Shown: one piece after another, positions 40,131 to 50,855 of the stretch
Layout of the letters: the number at the start of each line of letters is the position of its first letter
Position numbering within the stretch: position 1 is the stretch's first letter
Assembly: GCA_977020255.1 (NCBI GenBank)
Contig: CDROCS010003321.1
Span: 62,001-126,000 of the forward strand
Length of the DNA: 64,000 bases
Direction: 5' to 3'
Source of the DNA: Obrimoposthia wandeli
Taxonomy: Eukaryota
Translations under genes and position numbers: made by a program
The notes under the pieces: generated by a model
Database searches by the model: none
What the model was told of the DNA's origin: nothing
What the model saw: only the letters and a program-made list of their open reading frames with translations

Positions 40131-41246
40131 TTAATATTGTGAAAGCTGTAACATACGGTATCCATCACCATCAGTAGCTTTTAACTGGCTATTTTTTTTA
40201 GCATAATCAAACGGTGTTTTTCCGGACTTATCTTTCAAAGAGGTGTCCGCACCCGCTTGAATTAGCTCTGCTATTACCGCCGGGTCAGCATTACCTATAG
40301 CAGCAGAGTGTAGCGCAGTAATACCATCAGTGGCACGTGCGTTTACTTTAGCTCCCGCTGTAATTAATGTTTCTATCATTTCAGGGTAGTTGGTAAATGC
40401 AGCAACCATTAATGGGGTATATCCATCTTTATTGCGTGCATGTAAATCAGCGCCTTGAGCAAGTAGTGCTCCCAACACAGCTGGCGTTCTATTGGCATCT
40501 GCCGCTATATGTAAAGGAGTATATCCATCTCTGTTTAAGGAATTAACATCAGCACCAGCCTTTACCAGAATATTGATTACTTCTGGGTTTTTAGTACCTT
40601 TTGCAGCAGCATGTATCGGTGTATACGCTGCATGCTGTGCTCTAACACTTGTTTTACCGCGTGCGTTAACATCTGCACCGCCTTTCAGTAAAGCCTCTAT
40701 TACTTGAGCATTTCTATTGCCAAACGCCGCCGTATGTAACGGCGTCATATTATCAAAATCCCCGGCATTAGGATTCGCACCTTTATTAAGTAACAGCTCA
40801 ATAATTTCAGGGTTATTAGCTATCGCTGCTAAATGTAATGGCGTCCCAACTATCCCTTCTTTATCAGATGAGTTGATGTCAGCCCCTGCTTTTAATAGTG
40901 CATTTATCACTTGCACTGAACTATTTTTTTTATCCAGTGCGACATGCAAAGGAGTATAACCGAGCATATCTTTAGCATGAATATTAGCACCTGCTTTCAA
41001 TAACATATCGATAACTGCTGCGTCTGTGGTGCGTGCTGCGGCCCAATGCAAAGGAGTTCTACCTAATTCATCTTTAGCACTAAGGTCTACTGAATGTATT
41101 TGATTCGCTGTAACAGTTGTCCAATCAATACCTAGGCAACTATTGGCAGTATAAGTATTACAACTCTGCGCAGCTTGTAACCCACCTGTGGTGCAAAACA
41201 AAGCGGCGACAAGTGCAGCGGTCGTATATTTCTTTATTGATTTCAT
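40131..41246 (-). CDS. Secreted ankyrin-repeat protein
   Basis: About 9 TPLH/TPLM ankyrin repeats; signal peptide from MKSIKK (41246). Confidence 0.92.
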   Translation of the reverse strand: MKSIKKYTTAALVAALFCTTGGLQAAQSCNTYTANSCLGIDWTTVTANQIHSVDLSAKDELGRTPLHWAAARTTDAAVIDMLLKAGANIHAKDMLGYTPLHVALDKKNSSVQVINALLKAGADINSSDKEGIVGTPLHLAAIANNPEIIELLLNKGANPNAGDFDNMTPLHTAAFGNRNAQVIEALLKGGADVNARGKTSVRAQHAAYTPIHAAAKGTKNPEVINILVKAGADVNSLNRDGYTPLHIAADANRTPAVLGALLAQGADLHARNKDGYTPLMVAAFTNYPEMIETLITAGAKVNARATDGITALHSAAIGNADPAVIAELIQAGADTSLKDKSGKTPFDYAKKNSQLKATDGDGYRMLQLSQY

Positions 41247-41547
41247 GTGATATATCCTCATCAAGGGTTACTAACTATATAAAACCATCCTTATTAATAG
41301 AATGATCATTCGCATAATACAGAATAAAACTATAACGTCAATTAAAAATACGACCGTTCGCTTTATTAATATTATACAGCTTACAGCCTATTGATGAATT
41401 TGAGTTTTAATTTTCAAAAGCTAGCATCTTATTAATGTTGAACGTTATTAGTTACTACTATATTATGCGAGTAGTCATTCTCTTTATAGATTTGGCATTT
41501 TATTTAAAATAACAAAGAGCATGCATATTCATACAATAAGGGAAATT

Positions 41548-42150
41548 ATGGCGAGAACAATTAACCCCGTGCTGCGAGCAAAAAAGAAGCAAGATATTCT
41601 TAACGCAGCTATGCAGTGTTTTATCGAAAAAGGCTTTCATAGCACCTCCATGAAGGATGTTTGCAAAGCAGCTGTCATGAGCCCTGGTGCACTTTATCGT
41701 TATTTTTCTTCCAAGGATGAAATCATCATCGCAATCGTTGAAGAAGAGAGAAGAAAAAGTGATGATTTTACCCTAGAGATAGCTCAAAGCAGCAACCTAC
41801 TTGATACGCTCGATGATTGTTTTGCTCAAGTCATTCATCAAAGCAATGAACCCGGTTATGCTCAACTATCGGCAGAGGTATATGCTGAATTACTACGTAA
41901 TGAAAAAGCAACACAATTGGCGAGCGATGCACATACCAAAGCAGCGCATGCTTTTTCGCAAACAATTACAAAAGCAATGGATGCAGGCAAGGTGGACAAC
42001 CATTGGGATTCAGACGCTCTTGGGGAAATATTATTAGGCTTGATAGATGTATTTGATTCTCGCCCCGCATTGATGAGGTCAGTTTCAGATGAGAGATTAC
42101 ATAAAACAGTTATTCAGCTCATCAATTGCATTACCCCAAAAGATTCATAA
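41548..42150 (+). CDS. TetR/AcrR family regulator
   Basis: KGFHSTSMKDVCKAAVMSPGALYRYFSSK; start MART with GGGA RBS. Confidence 0.9.
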   Translation: MARTINPVLRAKKKQDILNAAMQCFIEKGFHSTSMKDVCKAAVMSPGALYRYFSSKDEIIIAIVEEERRKSDDFTLEIAQSSNLLDTLDDCFAQVIHQSNEPGYAQLSAEVYAELLRNEKATQLASDAHTKAAHAFSQTITKAMDAGKVDNHWDSDALGEILLGLIDVFDSRPALMRSVSDERLHKTVIQLINCITPKDS

Positions 42151-42215
42151 ATAAATGTTTCTATAATATAAACCGCTACTTGATTTATTATTAAACTACT
42201 AGCGTTAGGTGAATC

Positions 42216-42797
42216 ATGAAAAACCCTTTAATTACCGCGATTCTTACCCTACTCAAAAAGAATTTAGAGGGTATTAGTGAGTTTGAGATTCTAACAGCCT
42301 TGAAAGAGCAGTTTTTAGAGTTCAACTCTTTGGCACAAGATAATAATTTACAGCTGTTTCGCCAGCATTTTCTTATTATGAATGCCCTTTATCAACTGCA
42401 AGCTAGCCTTTGGCAGGATGAGAAATTAGTTCTATCTATCCATGCATTAGAGATAAAACTGTTATTTACTCATCATTTAGCGCCATCTAACAGCAATGAG
42501 CTAAGTAATCACGTCGATGCCAACTTGGCCGCCTATTACTTAGATTGGGATGAATACGAAAAAACCGATGCGACAGAAGTATCACGCCTGATTAACAGTT
42601 TTTATCAAACAATGGACTCAGATAGTAATAAACAGAACGCCCTTAGCACGCTACAAATAAACATCTCAAACCCCAGCAAAATTCAAATAAAACAACAGTA
42701 TCGAAAACTAGTGCAAAAGCACCACCCTGATACTGGGGGAAATCCAGCGACCTTTATTGAAATACGCCAAGCATACGAGCAGCTGTTGCATTCATAA
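42216..42797 (+). CDS. DnaJ-related protein with C-terminal J-domain
   Basis: LFRQHFLIMNALYQL, AYYLDW; IKQQYRKLVQKHHPDTGG (HPD). Confidence 0.85.
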   Translation: MKNPLITAILTLLKKNLEGISEFEILTALKEQFLEFNSLAQDNNLQLFRQHFLIMNALYQLQASLWQDEKLVLSIHALEIKLLFTHHLAPSNSNELSNHVDANLAAYYLDWDEYEKTDATEVSRLINSFYQTMDSDSNKQNALSTLQINISNPSKIQIKQQYRKLVQKHHPDTGGNPATFIEIRQAYEQLLHS

Positions 42798-43010
42798 AAA
42801 TTGGGATAGCTTTTCTTGACCCACAGCATCAACTTAGCAGTATCTCTTGTACTTGGGCGACATCAGACATTTTGGTGACCCATCTATAAGAGAGAAACCG
42901 GAGTTTGCAGTGAGCACACCAAACGCATCAAGGACAAATAATTGTGATATACCATACATGCTTAAAGGCTGACGTTACAATCACATCTATTCAACCTGCA
43001 TTTGAGACAA

Positions 43011-43409
43011 TTAACCTTTTGCCGGTTGATTAAACTTTATCACATTGTTATCTGGATCTCTTATAAAAAAGAATTTAGCACCGTTTATTTCTACTCTTTC
43101 TGTAATGGTTAGCCCCATATCTTCAAGTTGTTTAGAGACCGATTCAGCGTCTGTAATTTGCAAGGCAATATGCGTGTACCCCGGGTATTTTATATCTTTT
43201 CTCATCAAGATATTTTCTTCAGGTATATCTTGGGATGCGTTAAGAATAAAGTTTATATTAACGCCACTAGGGTGTTCAATAATCACGGCAGGTTCTGGTC
43301 CAACTGGCCCAGCCACATATTTAAAACCAAGCTGTTCATAGAACTTTTGAGAGATTTCTAAACTCCTTACTCTTAAACCAACATGATTTATTCGGGTAAT
43401 TTCTATCAT
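43011..43409 (-). CDS. VOC/glyoxalase family protein
   Basis: INHVGLRV, HIAL, FIRDPDNNVI(K); the usual final Glu appears as Lys. Confidence 0.88.
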   Translation of the reverse strand: MIEITRINHVGLRVRSLEISQKFYEQLGFKYVAGPVGPEPAVIIEHPSGVNINFILNASQDIPEENILMRKDIKYPGYTHIALQITDAESVSKQLEDMGLTITERVEINGAKFFFIRDPDNNVIKFNQPAKG

Positions 43410-43584
43410 TTTAAAGCTCCATCATAATGAGAATCGAGGCACGACATAACGCCTAAGACACTAACCATACAAATACGGTTTATTCCGTAAGAGAGTCAAT
43501 TTATACCATAACGCTTGCTTATAGCTTTATAAACTATCATTTCTTGCTAACATAACTCCGCTTTTGAGAACAAAGATACATCAC

Positions 43585-43650
43585 ATGATTCACGACATTA
43601 ATGGCATGATTGCTTTTTTGGCTGTAGTTAAAACCAGCAGCTTAACTATT
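43585..43650 (+). pseudogene. Possible truncated LysR-type regulator N-terminus
   Basis: MIHDINGMIAFLAVVKTSSLT resembles a LysR HTH start, divergent from the VOC gene; similarity is lost after about 21 codons. Confidence 0.3.
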
Positions 43651-44029
43651 TTAGAAACAACCAGTCTAAGTTTATTTGTGTTGCTCTATATCAAATCTGT
43701 CGCAATCATTTGGTCTACTTTGCTTTACATAGCTTAATTTTAACGACATCGATCTTACATATTAGAGCGTATAAAATTTCCCAATAACCATCCTCTGTGC
43801 AATCGCTCTCACCTAGCGAGACTTCACTTGGTGAAATGAGGATCTTTAGCGCCTCCTTACTTGAATTAAACGTATTTAAGGCAAGCCTAATAAACCGGCG
43901 GAAACCTCTTACTCTGCGTAGAATATTATCAATTGGCAAGAATTATGATTTTTTATCCTGTACTCTACTGCTACTAAAGCGCCCACCAGATCTGGTTACT
44001 TTTTAAGCGCCCTATTAAGAGGTGTTACG

Positions 44030-44944
44030 ATGCAAGTTAAAGCCATACATTATTTATTAATCTTAGTATTAGCTGTTGTCTGGGGGAGCTCTTTTACCGC
44101 GGTAAAAGTGGCCGTTAGTCAATTCACTCCGGTGCAAATAGCTTTTATTCGCGTGTTAATTGGTGCCATTATCGTATTGGCAATCGCAGCATTTAGTAAA
44201 ATAAACTTACCAAATAATAGCAAGAATTGGTTTTTACTATTGCTCATTGCACTGTTTAGTAACGTTATTCCCTTTTCTCTCATTGGCTGGGCCAGCATTA
44301 GAAGCGACAGCTCCACTGTCTCTATCCTAATGTCTACCTCTCCAATATTCGCCTTAGTTGTAGCCCATTTTTTCACTAACGATGATAAGTTCACTCCTTT
44401 TAAACTGATCAGCGTCTTGTTAGGATTCACCGGCGTTATTGTGCTCAGTTGGCCAGCAGATTATTCGATAGCCAGCGGGCAACTATTACCGAAAATTGCC
44501 ACGCTATTAGCAGCACTTAGCTATGTTATTGCAGGTGTACTACCAAGAAAATTAACCGGTAACCTCGGTGTTCCATCCATCACTTGCACAGTGTTGTGTT
44601 TAAGCTCAATAATACTGGCGCCCATTGCTATAGGCCAAAACTTCGCAACTATGACGAGTTACTCCAATGAAAGTTTGTTTGCAGTGTTTTATTTAGGCGC
44701 TTTTTCAACCGCACTCGCACTATTGATTCGCTACAGCCTAATCCTACAAGTGGGATATACTTTTGTCTCATACACTGGGTTTCTAGTTCCAGTATTTGCA
44801 GTAATTCTTGGTGCTGTACTTTTACAAGAAGAGCTCGGCAAAAATGCCTATATATCGCTGCTTTTGGTCTTGTCAGCTTTAGCTGTCTCTAGATTAGATT
44901 ACGCTAAATTGGTGCGCTTAATGTCTTCGTATAGGCGCTCTTAA
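44030..44944 (+). CDS. DMT/EamA family transporter
   Basis: VWGSSF, two EamA repeats, about 10 TM helices. Confidence 0.92.
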   Translation: MQVKAIHYLLILVLAVVWGSSFTAVKVAVSQFTPVQIAFIRVLIGAIIVLAIAAFSKINLPNNSKNWFLLLLIALFSNVIPFSLIGWASIRSDSSTVSILMSTSPIFALVVAHFFTNDDKFTPFKLISVLLGFTGVIVLSWPADYSIASGQLLPKIATLLAALSYVIAGVLPRKLTGNLGVPSITCTVLCLSSIILAPIAIGQNFATMTSYSNESLFAVFYLGAFSTALALLIRYSLILQVGYTFVSYTGFLVPVFAVILGAVLLQEELGKNAYISLLLVLSALAVSRLDYAKLVRLMSSYRRS

Positions 44945-45387
44945 ATCAACCTAGTCATAACCTTGTGTACGCGTAATAAAGGTTCATGCTGCATGAGTTC
45001 TGTTGGTGCTCATACGTGTCTGCATATGAACTCGCTTTGCTATGCATTTATACCTTCAATAAATTGATTAATACTGAGTAGCGTATCTTGCTCATTGTGG
45101 TTTTTAAAAAGCTAATTAAAAATAGGCTTCTTAGACATAAATAATTTCCTAAAAGGCTTTTATTCCCGTGTCTATTCATAGCCCTACATTTAACACACTC
45201 TAATTACTTTGCGCTTAAATAATTGTCATAGTGCTCTAAAGCCCCTTATATTTTATTTTTCGAAACGTAAAATTAGTCATTTAGAGAACAACAAAAACTT
45301 AACCGGATGACAATGATTCTAATTGCATTCATTACTGGAGGTAGTTATTATCAATAAAGTTTGTTATGCGTCCAACAATATTAAATA

Positions 45388-46020
45388 GTGAATATTATCG
45401 AAACTAAAATACGCAAACCCCGCCGTCAGGCTGAAATTCGTACTTATCGTCGTGATAGCCTTCTTCATGCTGCACTGCAAACGGTGGCAAAATTTGATAT
45501 TGAAGGCGCCACTGTTGCTCGTATATGCCTAAAAGCTGGTGCATCACGCGGTCTGATATCTCATTATTTTCAGAACAAAGAAGAGTTGTTATTGGCCGCA
45601 CTCACAGGCCTCTTCGATGATGCTCAATCGATTAAACAAGCCATTGCAAGCAACACTGCGCTTCCAGTGCTAGATCGTATTAGAAGCATTGCACATGTCA
45701 GTTTTAAAAGCCCTATTTATAGCTGGGAAACTGCCGCAGCTTGGCAGGCATTCACCAATCGATGTAGATATAACCGTGCATATCAGGCTCCCATCCTCCT
45801 CTCTAATCAGAAGTTTATAAATACCCTGCTGCCAATGTTTGAAGCAGCATCACAGCAGCATAGTTTACGTGTCGAACCCAAAGATGCAGCCGTCGGCCTG
45901 GTTATTCTGATAGATGGATTATGGAACAGTCTTGCTGTCGACAAGGACGGTTTACTTTTAGAACAGGCAATGTCGCATTGCGACATTTATATTGATGGCT
46001 GCGTTAAACCCAGTCAATAA
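45388..46020 (+). CDS. BetI-like TetR family regulator
   Basis: ATVARICLKAGASRGLISHYFQNKEELL; LIDGLW C-terminal motif; GTG start. Confidence 0.82.
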   Translation: MNIIETKIRKPRRQAEIRTYRRDSLLHAALQTVAKFDIEGATVARICLKAGASRGLISHYFQNKEELLLAALTGLFDDAQSIKQAIASNTALPVLDRIRSIAHVSFKSPIYSWETAAAWQAFTNRCRYNRAYQAPILLSNQKFINTLLPMFEAASQQHSLRVEPKDAAVGLVILIDGLWNSLAVDKDGLLLEQAMSHCDIYIDGCVKPSQ

Positions 46021-46641
46021 ACAGAGACTAAATTATGACTAGCACCCTACTACCAGAGCAAATCATTAATTACTCAAGTTATCCAATTGATGATGTCAAT
46101 AATGCAAAAAGACAAACTATTATTGATCAAATACGAACCAGTCTAGCTGATGATGGCTGCGCAGTGATTCGTAATTTTTTTAGTAATGAAGGGCTACAGG
46201 TACTATTAACAGAAGCAGAAGAACGAAAAGCAGAAACATACTATTCGCCAAGTAAGCTTTGTAATGTTTATCTTAACGAAGGGAGTCCAAAGTTTCCTGA
46301 AGATCATCCCATTAATGTTTTCCTTCCTCGTACTAATGGTTTTATTACGTCAGATCTTTTCAGTGATAAAACACACGCACATCAGCTTTATTATTGGGAA
46401 CCGCTAAAACAGTTTCTACGGGAATGCCTTGGTAAAGATGAATTACATATTTATGAAGATCCAATATCGAACATGATCGTCAATGTAGGCAAACCAGAAC
46501 AAGAGTTCAATTGGCATTTTGATACCAATGAATTCACCATTACTATGCTGTTACAACGTAAGCGCTTAATGAACTGACGTACTTACCAACCTTGAACCAT
46601 TAAGCCATAATTTTCTCATCACGTACGCATGAGGAAATAAA

Positions 46642-46965
46642 ATGACTGCCTTAACACAAGCAACACCGAAACAACAATTCTGGCGAGAGCATATTTTACA
46701 ATGGAGTGACTCTGACTTGAGCCAGGCAAACTATTGCCGAAAACATGGCTTGAACCAAAATAGCTTAAGCTATCATAAGCTTAAACAGTCAGATCCTACA
46801 AAGAAAAGCACAGTAAAAACAGCAAGGTTTATGAGCTTGCCATTACCGCAGGTGCTGCCTATTGATAATCCATTAACGCTGCACCTAATTAACGGAATGA
46901 CATTATCAGGAATCCACAGCAATAACATTGCCACCGTTAAACAGCTCGCGATGGCTCTATCATGA
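46642..46965 (+). CDS. tnpA: IS66 accessory protein TnpA
   Basis: FWREHILQWSDSDLSQANYCRKHGL. Confidence 0.9.
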   Translation: MTALTQATPKQQFWREHILQWSDSDLSQANYCRKHGLNQNSLSYHKLKQSDPTKKSTVKTARFMSLPLPQVLPIDNPLTLHLINGMTLSGIHSNNIATVKQLAMALS

Positions 46966-47327
46966 CTCCCATCATGCGCCCTGCAATGGCGCTAACTCAG
47001 GTCTACTTGTACCCGCAACCCATCGATTTTCGTAAATCATTTAGGGGAATCTCAGCGATTATTGAATGTGAGTTAGGGCACAACCCCTTTGCGGGGCACC
47101 TATACGCATTCACCAACAAACAACGCAATAAGATCAAATGCCTTTTCTGGGAAAATAACGGCTTTGTGCTCTATTACAAAAGCCTTGAAGAGGATAAATT
47201 CATTTGGCCGAAAAACCATGAAGAGTTGATGACACTGACAGGACAGCAAATAAACTGGTTGCTTGATGGCCTTGATATTAGCGCCATGAACGGTCATAAA
47301 AAACTACAATATGACAGTGTTTATTGA
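46962..47327 (+). CDS. tnpB: IS66 accessory protein TnpB
   Basis: IDFRKSFRG, NKIKCLFWENNGFVLYYKSLE, WLLDG. Confidence 0.93.
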   Translation: MTPIMRPAMALTQVYLYPQPIDFRKSFRGISAIIECELGHNPFAGHLYAFTNKQRNKIKCLFWENNGFVLYYKSLEEDKFIWPKNHEELMTLTGQQINWLLDGLDISAMNGHKKLQYDSVY

Positions 47328-47362
47328 ACCTTTTTAACATTGAATTTGTTATAATATCCAGC

Positions 47363-48916
47363 ATGAAATCCCCCATGCAAGGCGTTAGCAATCAGTCTCT
47401 TAACTCTGAAAACATAGTATCTGAGTTACAGGATTTGCTGTCTAAAAAATCTGATGTCATCGCCGAGCAACAACGTCGTATTAAAATACTTGAAGAGTAC
47501 TTGAGTTTATCAAACTCAAAACGATTCGGACCAAGCAGTGAACAAACACACTCAGATCAAGGCTGCCTGTTTAATGAAGCGGAAGTGTCTAGCGAGCCCG
47601 AGCAAGATGAGTTACCACTGGATAAAGACAGTGGCAGCAATCTCAAAACGGGCCGAAAGCCTTTTGCTAAAAACCTACCTCGTCATCAAGTGTTCGCCTA
47701 TTTAAGCGACGAAGACAAACAAGGGGCTATTAATACCTTTTTTGTAAAAGTCAGAGAAGAGCTCGATATTATTCCTGCTAAGGTTCAGATCCTAGAGTAC
47801 ATGCAAGAAAAAGCGGTATTTATGAGTGCCAATAACGAACGCACTCTGAAAGTGGCTGATGTTATTAAACACCCTATCGCTAAGGCAATGGGCAGCGTTA
47901 ACTTGATGACTTACATTGTTATTTCAAAATACGCCGACGGCCTACCACTGTACCGCCTTGAAACGATCATTAAGCGTTATGGCGGTGATATATCAAGAGC
48001 TACCTTGGCTAACTGGATGATAGCACTGAGTAAACAGGCGCAACCGCTGATCAACTTGCTAAGAGAGCACCAGCATAGTGGTTCACTCATTATGGCGGAT
48101 GAAACCCGCATTCAAGTTCTGAAAGAACCTGGTTACTCGCCCACAGGCGATAAATATATGTGGGTGACTTTAGGAGGGCCACCCGCCGAGCAAAGTGTGT
48201 TATTTGATTACGATCCTTCGAGAAGCAGGGAGGTTCCATTACGCCTGCTCGATGGGTTTGAGAATGGTTACTTACAGACTGATGGTTATGCGGGATATAA
48301 CGAAGTCTGTCGAAAAAACCAGCTGATTCACTTAGGCTGCTGGGATCATGCACGTAGAAAATTTAAAGAAGCACAACAGGCTCAACCTAAAGGAGCTAAA
48401 GTTAAAGTGACTAAAGCGGATATGGCTTTGAGCTTTATCAATAAATTGTACCTCATTGAACGGGAGATAAAAGAGCTGAGTGATACTGAAAAATTAACCG
48501 TGCGGCAACAAAAAAGCCAGCCTGCTTTAGAAAAATTAAAGCAGTGGTTAGATAAGCATCGCTCAAGGATTGCCAAGGATAGTTTGACTGGCAAAGCGAT
48601 GACCTATTTGCATAACCAATGGGAGAAGCTGACTGTTTACATCACAGATGGGCAATTACGTATCAGTAATATACTAGCAGAGAACGCCATACGACCTTTT
48701 GCAATAGGCAGAAAAGCGTGGTTATTTAGTGATTCCCCAGCGGGAGCAGATGCAAGCGCCGTGCATTACAGCCTAATTGAAACAGCAAAGTTAAATAGAC
48801 TTGAGCCATATAGCTATCTCAACAGTATCTTTAAAGCGCTACCTTATTGTGAAACAGTTGAGGATTTTGAAAAGCTGTTACCGTGGAATTTTAAAACAAA
48901 GTCTCAAAATAGTTAA
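47363..48916 (+). CDS. tnpC: IS66 transposase TnpC
   Basis: FGPSSE, KYADGLPLYR, ADET, QTDGYAGY, CWDHARRKF, NILAENAIRP, GRKAWLF, LLPWN. Confidence 0.96.
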   Translation: MKSPMQGVSNQSLNSENIVSELQDLLSKKSDVIAEQQRRIKILEEYLSLSNSKRFGPSSEQTHSDQGCLFNEAEVSSEPEQDELPLDKDSGSNLKTGRKPFAKNLPRHQVFAYLSDEDKQGAINTFFVKVREELDIIPAKVQILEYMQEKAVFMSANNERTLKVADVIKHPIAKAMGSVNLMTYIVISKYADGLPLYRLETIIKRYGGDISRATLANWMIALSKQAQPLINLLREHQHSGSLIMADETRIQVLKEPGYSPTGDKYMWVTLGGPPAEQSVLFDYDPSRSREVPLRLLDGFENGYLQTDGYAGYNEVCRKNQLIHLGCWDHARRKFKEAQQAQPKGAKVKVTKADMALSFINKLYLIEREIKELSDTEKLTVRQQKSQPALEKLKQWLDKHRSRIAKDSLTGKAMTYLHNQWEKLTVYITDGQLRISNILAENAIRPFAIGRKAWLFSDSPAGADASAVHYSLIETAKLNRLEPYSYLNSIFKALPYCETVEDFEKLLPWNFKTKSQNS

Positions 48917-49309
48917 CCCCGTAGGTTCATTGAGCGCTTACGTTACAACCCGCCGAATCAGGTGGATATTTTGAGTACGTTCCAGGACTACGAAGTGCTA
49001 AGGATGAATGTTACGACGAAGTCGGTAAAGTGCTAAACGGTGATCGAAGTAGAGTTAAACGTCTCGAATTAAATGCTGGAGACCTACAGTTTTTCCTTGG
49101 CCGTTTCTCCCTACACCAAGTGACTGAAAATACTGGCGATGGAGATCGGTTATTGTTGATCATGTCGTTCAGCGAGCAACCAGGCATGGTTGGCAGTATG
49201 GAGCGAGTTCAATCCCTCTACGGAAAAACAACGGATGCCCATAAGCAAACAATGGTTCGTGCCGACGGCTTAGTTGATTAATACAACACAGTGTAAATTT
49301 AACTCAATA

Positions 49310-49460
49310 AAGGCTACGCACATTTCAAATTGGCGAAAAACCATCCAAAAGTACGTCATGTATTAGTTGCTGAAATCGCCGATAAATGGCGTCAAAGGCT
49401 GGAGCATATTAGTTGGTTTGCGCTGCTTTATGAATATATCGCCTAAAAAGCTAATAATGC
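49310..49460 (+). pseudogene. Fragment resembling a Y1 (RAYT-like) tyrosine transposase
   Basis: DKWRQRLEHISWFALLYEYIA*KAN resembles the recalled RxRLxDISWFMxxLNExIARxAN motif. Confidence 0.4.
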
Positions 49461-49579
49461 GCATTTTATTTTAAACTTCTCACAACCAATTGATATATTG
49501 AGAGATTTTAAAAACACCAAATCCAATCCATCACAATGTTCGTTTGATTTTTTTGATTGGATAACACGCATTATAATTT

Positions 49580-50119
49580 TTATGAATTAGTATCATCTTC
49601 TATTAGTGGAGTGATATGTGAGTTTATTTTTTCAATATCCAAAAATATAACCATATTATTATTATAAAAAGCGACACCCTTTATAAATGTGCTTTTTGCA
49701 TCTCCACCAGAGACTCTTGGTGTAATTTCAATACTCTTTGTTGGGATATTTACCACTTCATTTACACTATCTACTATAAAACCTGCTATTTCATCTTTGT
49801 TAAAATCGACAAGAACAATATTAGTCTTATCATCAGGATCTTTGGGGGGTAAATTGAACAGTATTCGAGTATCTATAACAGTTATTACTTTGCCTCTTAG
49901 ATTTACGAGTCCACAAACATAATTCTTTGAGCCTGGTACAGGCGTTATTTCTCCGTATTTCTGAACTTCTATAACTTGCAAAGCATCGACAGCAAATAAC
50001 TCGTCATTAATGATAAATGTTACCCATTGCTTAAATTCAATATCTTCGCCATTAATACGAGATTGAATTGAAGTTTCAGAGCTCCCTTTCATTTCTTGCT
50101 GCACAGCTTCCATATCCAT
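49580..50119 (-). CDS. cheW: Chemotaxis coupling protein CheW (stand-alone)
   Basis: QWVTF, EITPVPGS, GLVNLRGKVITVIDTR, GFIVDSVNEV. Confidence 0.93.
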   Translation of the reverse strand: MDMEAVQQEMKGSSETSIQSRINGEDIEFKQWVTFIINDELFAVDALQVIEVQKYGEITPVPGSKNYVCGLVNLRGKVITVIDTRILFNLPPKDPDDKTNIVLVDFNKDEIAGFIVDSVNEVVNIPTKSIEITPRVSGGDAKSTFIKGVAFYNNNMVIFLDIEKINSHITPLIEDDTNS

Positions 50120-50820
50120 TCTTACTTACCTTCTAGGTTAAATTCTTTGATCGGCATGCGCTATACAGATTCTCTTTATTTCTATATAGTTTTTTTGTTC
50201 TTTAGTCGGTTTATACAGTGTTTTGAAAAACGCCTTATCCTAAGTACTGAAATTACAAACTTATCGAAAATACCAATATTTAAGGTAAGTATAATTCACT
50301 ATAACCAAAGTAACAGAGTTTAATTAGAATAGATGCGATTTTAGAACGTTTAGTTTTAAAATCAGAGCTTACATATTTAAGAGGATTTTGAATAGCGACA
50401 GTAACCTATCAGTTACTCTTCATAAGGAACACACTGATGTTTCTTCGCATTATGTTTCTATCTCATTAGCCCAATGCTTAGATCGATCCTTGGATTGTCC
50501 AAAATTGACTTTAGGTTAATACATTAATATTTATAGGAAAATATAATGAGTAAAGGATAATACAATAAAAAATGCTGAAGAGAAATCCGCTTTAACCACG
50601 AAACATAAAAGAGCGGTAAAATTATCAAATGAGAAATTAAACTGATGCTTTAGAGTATTAAGTTAAATTAGGTTATTACAATTTTTGTGGCAGTCTATTC
50701 TAGAGAACTTCGAGTAAATATTAAACAGTATCTTTTTATTACAGCCCCTTATTATAAACTCACAATATTGCCGGTTATTTAAATTAAGTACAAATGCAAT
50801 TAGAGATAATAAGAATTAAA

Positions 50821-50855
50821 TAAAAAAGGGCTTACTTATGAAAGTATGCCCTTTA
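50821..50855 (-). terminator. Terminator-like hairpin after the cold-shock gene
   Basis: AAAGGGC...GCCCTTT stem with an A-tract on the + strand (U-tract on minus). Confidence 0.55.

Larger units (their letters stand above)
46558..48941 (+). mobile_element. Intact IS66 family element, 2384 bp
   Basis: IRs GTAAGCGCTTAATGAAC and revcomp GTAAGCGCTCAATGAAC; 8-bp TSD GTTACAAC at 46550-46557 and 48942-48949; tnpA-tnpB-tnpC. Confidence 0.97.
46035..49281 (+). pseudogene. Fe(II)/2-oxoglutarate dioxygenase (HalD/BesD-like family) interrupted by IS66
   Basis: Removing the IS and one TSD joins ...HFDTNEFTITMLLQ|PAESGGYFEYVP...SLHQVT...DRLL; 523+332=855 nt gives a 284-aa open frame. Confidence 0.88.

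Noticed and set aside
43715-44006. Two short minus-strand ORFs, possible transposase debris
   Set aside because: No convincing motif
49030-49281. 83-aa ORF as an independent gene (likewise 46035-46577)
   Set aside because: These are the two halves of the IS66-interrupted dioxygenase
46035-49281. Halogenase assignment for the HalD/BesD-like gene
   Set aside because: The facial triad is HFD (Asp retained), which indicates a hydroxylase
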